Source: Bacteroidia bacterium
GTDB lineage: Bacteria > Bacteroidota > Bacteroidia > AKYH767-A > 2013-40CM-41-45
DNA: 64,000 nucleotides
NCBI GenBank assembly: GCA_046330055.1
Contig: JAXLTM010000014.1
Coordinates: 1,347-65,346 of the forward strand
Reading direction: 5' to 3'
Below the pieces are notes generated by a model. That model ran no database searches and had not been told where the DNA came from. It saw only the letters and a program-made list of their open reading frames with translations. The position numbers were made by a program, and so were the translations under genes. Shown here in pieces: positions 22,481 through 31,700 of the stretch. How positions within the stretch are numbered: position 1 is the first letter of the stretch; each line of letters opens with the position of its first letter.

Positions 22481-23544
22481 ATGAAACAAATCTATCGGGT
22501 TTTAGGAATCATGTCGGGTACTTCACTGGACGGAGTGGATCTGGCCTTTTGTGAATTTAGTTTTGATGGCAAATGGTCGTTCAGCCTGGTCGGCGGAGAA
22601 ACGATATCTTATTCGCAGGACTGGTACAGTCGATTGTCATCGGCGCATCTTCTCACCGGTGAGGAATTGATATATCTTCATACCTCTTACGGTAGCTATC
22701 TGGGAAAATTGTCATCAGAATTTTGCCGGAAGAATAAGTTTGTTCCTGAATTGATTTCTTCTCACGGGCACACCGTCTTTCATCAGCCGCACCGTGGTTT
22801 TACGCTTCAGATAGGAGACGGCAATTCACTTGCTGCCTCTGCCGGAGTAAATGTGGTGTCGAATTTCAGAATGCTGGATGTGGCACTCGGAGGACAAGGT
22901 GCGCCATTGGTTCCGCTTGGTGACAAATTACTTTTTCCGGAAGCCGATTATTGCCTCAACCTCGGAGGGATTGCAAATATTTCTTTTGATGACAACGCAA
23001 AGAGAATTGCTTTTGACATTTGTCCGGCGAATATGATTTTGAATTTTCTGGCTGCTAAAACCGGAAAGAAATACGACGAAGGAGGACAGATGGCTGCTTC
23101 AGGAAATTTAATTCCGGAAATGTTATCTGCATTAAACACACTTGACTACTACCAAAAAAGTTTTCCGAAATCACTGGAAGAGAAGATGTGGAAAAGAGAT
23201 GTTTACCGATTATGAATACTGAAAAATTTTCTGCCAATGATATTTTACATACGTTTTGTGTTCACATAGCTCAGCAGGTCTCTTCAGTCTTGAAACGAAA
23301 ATCAAAAGGCACACTTCTCGTCAGTGGTGGCGGAGCATTAAACAATTTTCTGATTGAGTGTTTACAAAAAGAATGTCAGGCGAACATTATCGTTCCTTCA
23401 AAAAGCATTATCAATTTCAAAGAAGCGATCATCTTTGCATTCCTCGGTGTTTTGCGAATGAGGAACGAAGTGAATTGCTTATCGTCGGTTACGGGAGCGG
23501 AGAGGGATTGTGTGGGGGGGGATACGCATTTTATTAGTGAATAG
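22481..23544 (+). pseudogene. anmK: Anhydro-N-acetylmuramic acid kinase, one frameshift near 23197
   Basis: It has GIMSGTSLDGVD at the N-terminus and LVSGGGALN in the second ORF (23188-23544). The junction lies at a T3 run (GATGTTTACCG). Confidence 0.85.
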
Positions 23545-23597
23545 TAATTAGTAATTAGTAAATTAGTAATTAGTAATTAGTAATTAGTAATTAGTGA
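23543..23597. repeat. Tandem heptamer (AGTAATT), about 7.5 units
   Basis: Read directly. It starts inside the anmK stop codon. Confidence 0.95.
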
Positions 23598-23613
23598 CTA
23601 GAGCGATACATTC

Positions 23614-23641
23614 TAATTACTAATCACTAATTACTAATCAC
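23614..23641. repeat. Tandem heptamers (TAATTAC/TAATCAC) x4, inverted relative to 23543-23597
   Basis: Read directly. With the preceding array it can form a stem of about 28 bp with a 16-nt loop. Confidence 0.9.
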
Positions 23642-23666
23642 AAAAAAAGCCGCTAATGCGGCTTTT
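23642..23666. terminator. Bidirectional intrinsic terminator (A7-AGCCGC-TAAT-GCGGCT-T4)
   Basis: A perfect 6-bp GC-rich stem is flanked by an A-run and a T-run, between convergent genes. Confidence 0.7.
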
Positions 23667-23684
23667 ATTAATATCGGAATGATC

Positions 23685-24165
23685 TTAGAAATCATCTTCG
23701 TCATCTTCGTCGAAGTCATTCATTGGTGCTCCGTCATCAAAACCTTTCATGTCGTCCATGGGCATGTCATCGTTGTTGTCCATTGAATCATTATCCATTG
23801 GAGTGATTTCGATGATTTTCGGTTTCACGGATCATGACATCCGGTTCGTCCATCATCAGAGAAGTCTGAACAGGTTTTGCTGTGGTTTAGGAGCAGATTG
23901 TTTTGCAGCCGGTTTAGGGGCGGCTTTTTTAGGACTTGCAGCTTTTTTGGCCGGTTTTTAGGAACCCGGTTTCTTTGCTGCGGGTTTTTGTTGCTACTTT
24001 TTTGCCACTGCTTTTTTGCTAGTTTTTTTGCTTTTAGGTTTCTTTTTGCTTTTTTCGCTGCAAGTTTTTCGCTGCAAACCTTTTTTTAATATACCGGCTT
24101 TTTTAGCGGGACTTTTTTGGCAGTTTTTTAGCTGATGGTTTTTTAGTAGCTTTTTTAGTTGCCAT
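23685..24165 (-). pseudogene. Lys/Ala-rich histone H1-like basic protein with an acidic C-terminal tail; frame broken at several A-runs
   Basis: The minus strand starts MATKKATKKPSAKK..., continues in shifted frames as ...AKKAGILKK...KKKPKSKKTSKKAVAKK... and ends ...DDMKGFDDGAPMNDFDEDDEDDF-stop. The shifts fall at A5-A7 runs. Confidence 0.6.
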
Positions 24166-24386
24166 GGCGTGACGTCTGGTTTGTGACTGTGGTACATTAT
24201 TAAAAGAGTTGCTTTCAAAATTACAATATGATTCTTTACACTTCCAAATAAAAGATGAGTATTTTTATGAGGGGAAAAGCTGACAAAAGACAATGTGGAT
24301 GATCGTCGCCTGGGAGCGTCACGGTCGGTCCTCGGAAGGTGCGAAGAATCATGGTCTTCAGGAGTTGACATGTGCTCTGAATTACG

Positions 24387-24394
24387 TACTTTTG
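24387..24394 (+). promoter_or_regulatory. Candidate -7 promoter box TACTTTTG
   Basis: It matches TAnnTTTG exactly, 11 nt upstream of the ATG at 24406. Confidence 0.3.
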
Positions 24395-24405
24395 CGGCCT
24401 GTTTT

Positions 24406-25671
24406 ATGAGAATGAAAGCAACGACCCATCACTACAGAGACCACCCGTTTACGTGATCTGATCCGGTAAATTCGAAGGAAAACGTCCTGAAATCGTATTT
24501 GAATGGAAAGATAGCGAGACCAAGGGCGAAGGCGGATCGTTGATGATTCACTCCGCGGAGGCTCAGCCGGCGGCGATGCCCGTATGCCGTAAGGGCTTGA
24601 TAAACGAGAGGTGGAATCGCTGGCCAAGACCATGGAGGTGAAGTTCTCCATCAGTGGTCACTCAATCGGTGGCGCCAAGTCGGGATCGATTTTGACCCTC
24701 GGGATCCCCGGAAGAAGGGAGGTATTGGAGCGCTGGTTCAAGGCGATCGCGCTTTATTAAAGAACTATTACGGCGCAGCATTAGTCTGGTCGACGAGATT
24801 CACGATGTTATTCCGATCACTGAGAAACTGGGCCTGAAACACCCGCAGGAAGGAACAGTAGTGGCTCACTGAATGTTTCGGATGAACAAAAGGAACGTAT
24901 TATTAAGCAACTCCAGACCGGAGTTAAAAAACGCCTCGACAATCCGGCATTTTCTCCGAATGTAGATCTCAATATTACTGTTGCGGATATGATCACCGGT
25001 TATGGCGTGGCTGAATCAGTGGGTCATTATTATGATCTTTATTCCGGCGATATCAAGGGCAAGAGAGCAATCATTCAGGGATGGGGAAATGTAGGTGCTG
25101 CTGCAGGTTATTACCTGTCTCAGATGGGTGTTAAAATTGTCGGTATCATTGATCGTTTTGGCGGTGTTTTAAAGCCCGAAGGATTTTCTTTCGAAGAAAT
25201 TCGTGGATTATATCTTGACCGTAATGGAAATCAGTTACAGTCGAAGGATCTGATTCCATTTGATGAAATCAATCGCAAAATCTGGGAAGTCGGTGCTGAA
25301 ATCTTTATTCCTGCTGCTGCATCCCGTATCGTTAAAGCCGATCATCTGAAAGAAATGATCAACCATGACCTCGAAGTTATCGCCTGCGGAGCAAACGTAC
25401 CTTTTGATGATCCGGAGATTTTCTTCGGGCCTACCTCAGAGTTGGCTGATAGTGCCGTGAGCGTGATTCCTGATTTTATTGCCAATTGCGGTATGGCCGT
25501 GTATTTCATTGTCTGATGAATGATCAGACTCCGATTACAGATCAGGCTATTTTTTCTGATGTGTCTTCCTGTGTTAGTTCCGGCAATGAAAGCTGTTCGT
25601 GAACAGAATTCATCCCGATTGAATATCTCTCAGACTGCCTTGAAATGACCTTGGCAAAGCTCGTTAAGTAA
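24406..25671 (+). pseudogene. Glu/Leu/Phe/Val dehydrogenase family gene, many frameshifts
   Basis: Recognisable peptides are spread over all three frames: FEGKRPEIVFEWKDSETKGEG, KTMEVKFSISG, IGGAKSGI, RWFKAI and DEIHDVIPITEKLGLKHPQEG. An open block follows at 24989-25516 (GWGNVGAAAGYYL Rossmann motif), then LMNDQTPITDQAIF / AMKAVREQ / EMTLAKLVK in shifted frames. Confidence 0.8.
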
Positions 25672-25737
25672 TAGATCAGAACAGGTAAAATATTCATTTC
25701 TCCGCATAAATTCCGATACTCTTTTAAGGAGGTGGAA

Positions 25738-26826
25738 TTAATCTTTTTTAAGGTAGACTGTTGTGCTCGGAAAGGCAAATTCAGCACCGTGTTTTTGGAC
25801 TATTTCCATAATCCTGAAATTAATCTCCTCCGTAATGATAAGGAAAACATTCATGTCGGAAGTTTTCACAAAGAAGATGACTGAAATATCCATCGAACTT
25901 TCTGCAAACCGTCGAAAGCGCACGGTTGGATTCTCTTCAAGCAAACTTTGTTGAGAGAGGTATGTTCTCAGATCGTTCAGTATTGCTTTCATCTGAGTTT
26001 CGGTAGTAGCATAAGAAAGATTGAGTACGAACGATGAGCGGCGTGAAATTCTCATTGTATCGTTGATCAACTCCGCGTCAGTCATTTTTTTATTTGGAAC
26101 AATGACCAACATTCTGTCCAATGAGCGAATCCGTGTAGAGCGAAAGCCGATACTTTCTACCTGGCCTTCTATTGAGCCGACTTTCACGGAGTCACCGACA
26201 ATAAAAGGTTTGTCCAGGAATAATGTGAAGGAGCCGAGAAGATTTTCCAGCGTTTCTTTAGCCGCTAAGGCAAAGGCAAGTCCGCCGATTCCAAGTCCGG
26301 TAACCAGACTTACAATATTCAGGTTGAAGACAACGCCGATAAGAAGCAAAAATCCAAAGCTTGCCACCAGAACTTTTACCGCCTCTTTTAAAAAAGGAAC
26401 AAGTTGATCGTCCATTTTAGATTCGGTTCGTTTTGCTTTTTCAAGCAAAACCAGTCCGGCGAAATCAATTAATCGCACTAAGATCCAGATAATGGAAAAC
26501 AGAATGAGCGCTTCAAAAAATCTGAAAATGACTAAGCGCACACCAAATTCATTAGTGGGAACCAGATTCCATTCTTTCGGAAATTCAAGTCGGTCGAAAG
26601 CAAAATAAACGATCACAACCATTACAAAAAGCTGGAATGGTCTGTTCATTAATTTGAGAAATTTCTCTACGCCTACTGACTTTCCATACCGTTTGAACAA
26701 GGCATAAATGAGCCTTGTAATCAATGAAGAAATCACCCTCTTCAATAAAAACCCCACACAAAGAATCCCGAAAAACCAGATGTAGCTTTCGATTGGATTG
26801 CCCAGGAAGGAGGAAGAGAGGGACAT
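25738..26826 (-). CDS. MscS-family mechanosensitive channel
   Basis: It has TM helices followed by the MscS beta-domain (FIVGDSVKVGSIEGQVESIGFRSTRIRSLD). I prefer the ATG at 26826 to the TTG at 26853, which lies inside a heptamer array. Confidence 0.88.
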   Translation of the reverse strand: MSLSSSFLGNPIESYIWFFGILCVGFLLKRVISSLITRLIYALFKRYGKSVGVEKFLKLMNRPFQLFVMVVIVYFAFDRLEFPKEWNLVPTNEFGVRLVIFRFFEALILFSIIWILVRLIDFAGLVLLEKAKRTESKMDDQLVPFLKEAVKVLVASFGFLLLIGVVFNLNIVSLVTGLGIGGLAFALAAKETLENLLGSFTLFLDKPFIVGDSVKVGSIEGQVESIGFRSTRIRSLDRMLVIVPNKKMTDAELINDTMRISRRSSFVLNLSYATTETQMKAILNDLRTYLSQQSLLEENPTVRFRRFAESSMDISVIFFVKTSDMNVFLIITEEINFRIMEIVQKHGAEFAFPSTTVYLKKD

Positions 26827-26840
26827 GGAAGATTTTTTAA

Positions 26841-26870
26841 AGTCAGAATCCAAAAGTCAAAAGCCAAAAG
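26841..26870. repeat. Tandem heptamers (AGTCAGA/ATCCAAA/AGTCAAA/AGCCAAA), the inverse of the CTTYTGR family
   Basis: Read directly. Confidence 0.85.
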
Positions 26871-27046
26871 GATCTTTGCAAATCTTTAAACAAGAAGAGT
26901 TAAAGAAAAATAAAGATAAATCCCATTTCAAGACATTCCGGTTCATTATTCAGTCAATGCATTTTTATGATAATCGAGTAGTCTTAAGAATTTTCCAATC
27001 AATGCTCTTTCTGCATCTTCATAACTTTTCGACTTATTTTATCTTA

Positions 27047-27091
27047 TTTCCGGCTTCCGGCTTTTGACTTCTGACTTTTGGCTTCTGACTT
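27047..27091. repeat. Tandem heptamers (CTTCCGG/CTTTTGA/CTTCTGA/CTTTTGG), about 6.5 units
   Basis: Read directly. It is inverted relative to 26841-26870. Confidence 0.9.
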
Positions 27092-27530
27092 AGTTAGTGA
27101 TATACAACGTCTGCGACACCTGAGAATAATCCACTCTATATGATTTCATGGGAGCAGTCGCCGGACCATGAAGAATGGAGCCGTCGTACAGATTGAATTT
27201 GCTTTGGCAATGGTAGTCGATCATGGCAACTGATGAGGAGTCGACATCCAGTATAGCATCGCCAGTATAAGGGTCGTACGGGCAGGCGCGGTCGTAGGCA
27301 ACGAATTCGTCAAGCGAACGTCGGTAGATGACGATTCCTTTATATCCAACACCGTCGATAAGGACATTATTTCCGATACTATTCAGAGTGGTGTAGGGGT
27401 AAACGGTAAGGTAGATCGTTTTACTGACGGCTACATATGGAAAGCCTTTGTTCACTTCATTTTTCTTGCAGGAAGAAATTAAAAAGATAGCCAATGTTGA
27501 AAATAAGATTTTGATGAATGTCGTTCTCAT
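27090..27530 (-). CDS. Lipoprotein with a degenerate Rieske-like fold
   Basis: It has a lipobox (FLISSC). CPYDPY...(19)...HCQSKFNLYDGSILHGPATAPMKSYRV resembles the Rieske C-x-H...C-x-x-H...GPA pattern with substituted ligands. The start could instead be 27566. Confidence 0.6.
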   Translation of the reverse strand: MRTTFIKILFSTLAIFLISSCKKNEVNKGFPYVAVSKTIYLTVYPYTTLNSIGNNVLIDGVGYKGIVIYRRSLDEFVAYDRACPYDPYTGDAILDVDSSSVAMIDYHCQSKFNLYDGSILHGPATAPMKSYRVDYSQVSQTLYITN

Positions 27531-27566
27531 GGAGAGGAGCTTATCTTTGTTTGAAAATACAATCAA

Positions 27567-27788
27567 ATGAAACGAATACTATTTCTGATAGCAATAGGCA
27601 GTCTGACCGTATTTGCGTGTAAAAATAGTCAAAACAATTCGGATTCTTCTTCAAAGGATTCTCTGAGTACGGAAAGTTCTCAAAATGCGCCTAAAACCGA
27701 GTACACGTGTCCGATGCATCCTGAAGTAGTAAGTGATAAGCCGGGAACTTGTCCCAAGTGCGGCATGGACCTGCAGGCGAAAAGCTGA
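27567..27788 (+). CDS. Small secreted/lipoprotein with a heavy-metal-binding CPMHP...CPKCGM motif
   Basis: It has a signal with LTVFAC and the motif [24 protein letters not shown], as found at the N-termini of metal-efflux adaptor proteins. Confidence 0.8.
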   Translation: MKRILFLIAIGSLTVFACKNSQNNSDSSSKDSLSTESSQNAPKTEYTCPMHPEVVSDKPGTCPKCGMDLQAKS

Positions 27789-27789
27789 T

Positions 27790-27908
27790 GATCAGCGATC
27801 AGCGATCAGCGATCAGCGATCAGCGATCAGCGATCAGCGATCAGCGATCAGCGATCAGCGATCAGCGATCAGCGATCAGCGATCAGCGATCAGCGATCAG
27901 CGATCAGT
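27790..27908. repeat. Perfect tandem heptamer (GATCAGC) x16 plus one variant unit
   Basis: Read directly. It begins 2 nt after the stop codon at 27786-27788. Confidence 0.98.
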
Positions 27909-27932
27909 AAAAAAAGCCATACAAAGTACAAA

Positions 27933-27974
27933 ATTTCTAATTTCTAATTACTAATCACTATTCACTAATCACCA
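27933..27974. repeat. Tandem heptamers (ATTTCTA/ATTACTA/ATCACTA) x6
   Basis: Read directly. Confidence 0.9.
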
Positions 27975-27984
27975 ATTCCTCCCA

Positions 27985-28299
27985 ATGCGTTTCCTGCAAA
28001 ATTTCCTCCTAATCATTTTCCTGACCATTGCAGGAGGCCATTGCATGGCGCAGGATCTGGATGCACGATCACCGCAGCATAAAGCTTCAACCGGTAAGCA
28101 GGCAGATGCAGAAAAGAAAAAAGCGAAACAGCAGAAGGATTTTGATAAGGCAGTTAAAAAGGCAAAAAAGCAACATGAAAAGTTGCAGACAAAAAATACG
28201 AGAAAGATGATGCGCAAAAGTCGTCATCAACCGGGCCGCTGGGATCAGGACCGGAAAGAATTTTTTTTGAAGAGATGGTTTAGGAAAAAGCACAGGTGA
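27985..28299 (+). CDS. Small secreted Lys/Arg-rich protein, function unknown
   Basis: It has a signal peptide (MRFLQNFLLIIFLTIAGGHCMA) followed by a highly basic low-complexity region. Heptamer arrays flank it on both sides. Confidence 0.55.
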   Translation: MRFLQNFLLIIFLTIAGGHCMAQDLDARSPQHKASTGKQADAEKKKAKQQKDFDKAVKKAKKQHEKLQTKNTRKMMRKSRHQPGRWDQDRKEFFLKRWFRKKHR

Positions 28300-28381
28300 T
28301 TAATGGTAATTACTATTCACTAATTACTAATTACTAATTACTAATTACTAATCACTAATCACTAATCACTAATTGCTAATG
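28300..28381. repeat. Tandem heptamers (TAATTAC/TAATCAC), about 11 units
   Basis: Read directly. Confidence 0.95.
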
Positions 28382-28742
28382 GAATTTGCATTTATCCATA
28401 CCGTATTTTCATTTCTTCTAACTGGTGCCTTAATTTTTATTGATGATATTTTTAGTTTGCATGGTATTTTAAGAGGGAGATTCTTTTTTTAAAAACTGTA
28501 AGATTATTCGAATAATTGATTGCCTCTTTTTAAAAGTCTCCAATTGGCCCGTCAGATGCGGGTTTCAGAGGCATTGGTTTTTATAATAAAATACACAAAA
28601 TGAAGTAATATAGGCAAAAGCCGCTATTGATGAGGCTTTTGGGCTTGTGTGGTTTTTAAAAATTTACCATGCGTATTTGAGTGTTCACCAAAATTAAACT
28701 AAGCTTTAACCTAAAAATATGGGTCTTCACCCGTTGTCAGGG

Positions 28743-28750
28743 TACTTTTG
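28743..28750 (+). promoter_or_regulatory. Candidate -7 promoter box TACTTTTG for the giant surface-protein gene
   Basis: It matches TAnnTTTG exactly, 25 nt upstream of the ATG at 28776. Confidence 0.3.
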
Positions 28751-28775
28751 CTTTAAACTGACTCAATTTATTAAC

Positions 28776-31700
28776 ATGTACACACTTACAACACTTAAGG
28801 AATTTTTTTCCGGCCCGTCGCTGTCACACACACGCAGCAAAGGGAGCAGTGCTTTCAATTCATTTTTACTTTTGTCAGCGCTACTGCTTTTATCAGGCAG
28901 TACTGAGGCTGCCGTTAGTAACTATGGTTTTTCGCAAAGCAGTGGAACATACAGTACGGTTTCCACAGGAACAACTTTGGGGAGCACAAGCAGTGATGAA
29001 CAGGTCTTCATCAGCAGTACTTCCGGGACAACACCATCAGGAACATCCGTCTCAGGTACGGGTTTTTCAATCGGGTTCACGTTCAATTACAACGGAACGA
29101 ATTACAGCAATTTTGCTGTCAGTACAAATGGATTTATCGTATTGGGAAATGGTACTTTTTCGATAGCCGGAAATTCTAGCGGTTTTACAACACCGATCAG
29201 CAGTTCTCAAACGACAGGATTGGTAAGCACAATTTCCGGATTCGGCATGGACCTTCAAGGCCAATCAGGGTCAACTCTGCGTTATGCCACAATCGGTAGT
29301 TCTCCTAACAGAACACTGGTAGTTCAATGGGCAGGATTCAGGAGATACAATACAAGCGGTGAAAATATCAATTTCCAGATTCGCCTGAATGAAACAACGA
29401 ATATCGTTGAGGTTGTTTATGGATCTTATACAATTTCTGGTTCGACTGTAAAGACTGCAGAAATTGGAATTAGAGGAACGACCAACGCCGATTACAACAA
29501 TCGTTTAATCACCAGTGGTACGAATACGTGGAGTACAAGTTATGATGGAACTGCAAATAGTTCGACTTGTGATTTGAAAAACACATTGGTACCATCAAGC
29601 GGACAAACATACAAGTGGAATCCTTGTACAACTTTACCATCGGCTCCAACTGTTAGTGACGGTACGGCTTGTGGGTTATCGACGGTAACTTTGTCCGGAA
29701 CAGCGGGAGCAGGAGGAACGGCTGTAAATTGGTACGATGCTTTGACAGCAGGAAACTTACTCTCGACCAGTTCATCATATACAACGTCTGCTTTTACTTC
29801 AACATCAAGTTCTACTTTTTATGCTGAGACATTCGATGCCTCAACAGGATGTTCAAGCAGTCCAAGAACAGCAGTGACTGCAACTTCGCTGCCAACAGTT
29901 ATTTTCGACGATGGCACAGCATCAGTGACTGCACCAACAGCTTCACAGACATCTGTCTGTCCCGGTGGATCTTCTACATTAAGTATCAGTCCGGCAAGAA
30001 AATTTGTTAACACGCCGTCATCGGCGGTTTCCATTCCAGATAATAATTCAACCGGTGTCTCTTTACCTTTAACTGTTTCCGGATTGTCTACCTCAATCAA
30101 TGGGACAACTGTTAAAATTGCTTACGTAAAGGTGAATATTACACACTCGCGAGTAGGTCAGTTGTCAATTACACTGATAGCACCGGATGCAACCACTTGT
30201 AATCTCTCAAGTAACAATGGTGGTAATAACGCCAATTATCAAAACACTTTTTTCAGAACCGGAGCTGCTACGAATGTAACCGCCGGTTCTGCGCCATTTA
30301 ATGGCAGCTATGCTCCGGAGCAGGCTATGTCAGTATTCAACTCTAAAAATCCGAATGGTACCTGGACACTAAAAGTTGCCGATGGTACAAATAGTACGAC
30401 AGGAACTATTTCCACCTGGGAAATTGCCTTTATTGATGGTAACGGGTTAACTTACCTCTGGTCAAACGGATCAACCTCTGTTTCGCCGACTGTTACGCCA
30501 TCTACTACTACATCCTATTCAGTAACAGTAACCGCACCGGCAGGAAACTGTCAGGCCACAAGCGGAACAGTAACAGTAAACGCCGCTTTGCCTACAGCAT
30601 ACAATGTTACAGGTGGCGGTTCGTACTGTACCGGTGGATCAGGTTTTGCTGTTGGGCTCAGTAACTCCCAAACCGGAAATACCTATCAGTTATTATTGAA
30701 CGGTGTAAACAGCGGATCTCCGGTTTCCGGAACAGGTTCGTCAATTACATTTGGAACGCAGACATCTGCGGGAAGCTATACTGTAGTAGCAACCAATACT
30801 GCCGGAGGTTGTACAAATACAATGAATGGCAGTGCAACGATAACAGTAAATAGCCTTCCAAATCAATTTTCAGTGACAGGCGGAGGTGCTTTTTGTTCCG
30901 GAGGCAGTGGAGTAGTGGTAGGGTTATCAGGGTCGGAAAATGGAGTTAACTACCAATTGAAAGCCGGAGCTTCAAACGCTGGTTCGCCGGTTGCCGGAAC
31001 GAGTTCTTCGATTAGTTTTGGCAATCAGACTACCGTTGCTACATATACAGTTGTTGCTACAAATGCATCCACATCATGTAGTGCGACAATGATCGGTAGT
31101 GTTAGTGTAAGTACAAATCCATTGCCTACTGCTTATAACGTAAGCGGAGGTGGTTCGTACTGTAGCGGCGGTTCCGGTGTAACGGTCTCATTGAGTAACT
31201 CAACTTCGGGATTCAGTTATCAATTACAGCTTGACGGAGTAGATACAGGATCACCTGTTTCCGGTACGGGGTCTTCCCTTTCATTTGGCAACCAAACGTC
31301 AGCAGGAACATATACGGTAATTGCAACCAACCCCTCAACCGGTTGTACAAATTCAATGAACGGTAGTGCAGTTGTTACCATAAAACCTGTTCCTACGGCA
31401 AATGCCTCTGCAACAAATACACTCATCTGCGGTTCCGGAACAACCAGTCTCTCATCAAGCGGCTCTTCAAATTCAACGTCATTGCAGACACAAAGTGTTA
31501 CTGTAAACACCGGTATTCCAAATGTTAGTTCTGCCGGAATTACTTCTACAATAACCATTTCAGGTGCGCCTGTTTCAATGGCATCAGTGACGAACATTTC
31601 TGTGAAAGTAAATATCACTCACGGAGATGATCAGGATATAGAAGTTTACCTCATTCGACCGGGCGGAACTATTTCAACCAGTTCAAATGGTTCGTACTTC

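Noticed and set aside
23749-24089. Plus-strand ORFs rich in Phe/Gly/Cys (…FFRTCSFFGRFLG…)
   Set aside because: They are the antisense reading of the Lys-rich (AAA/AAG) H1-like gene. The poly-T tracts give poly-Phe.
27733-27954. A 73-aa ORF encoding (DQRSAIS)n
   Set aside because: It is simply the translation of the (GATCAGC)n array, which has no stop in any forward frame. It has no start context, overlaps the end of the real upstream gene and has no protein-like composition outside the repeat.
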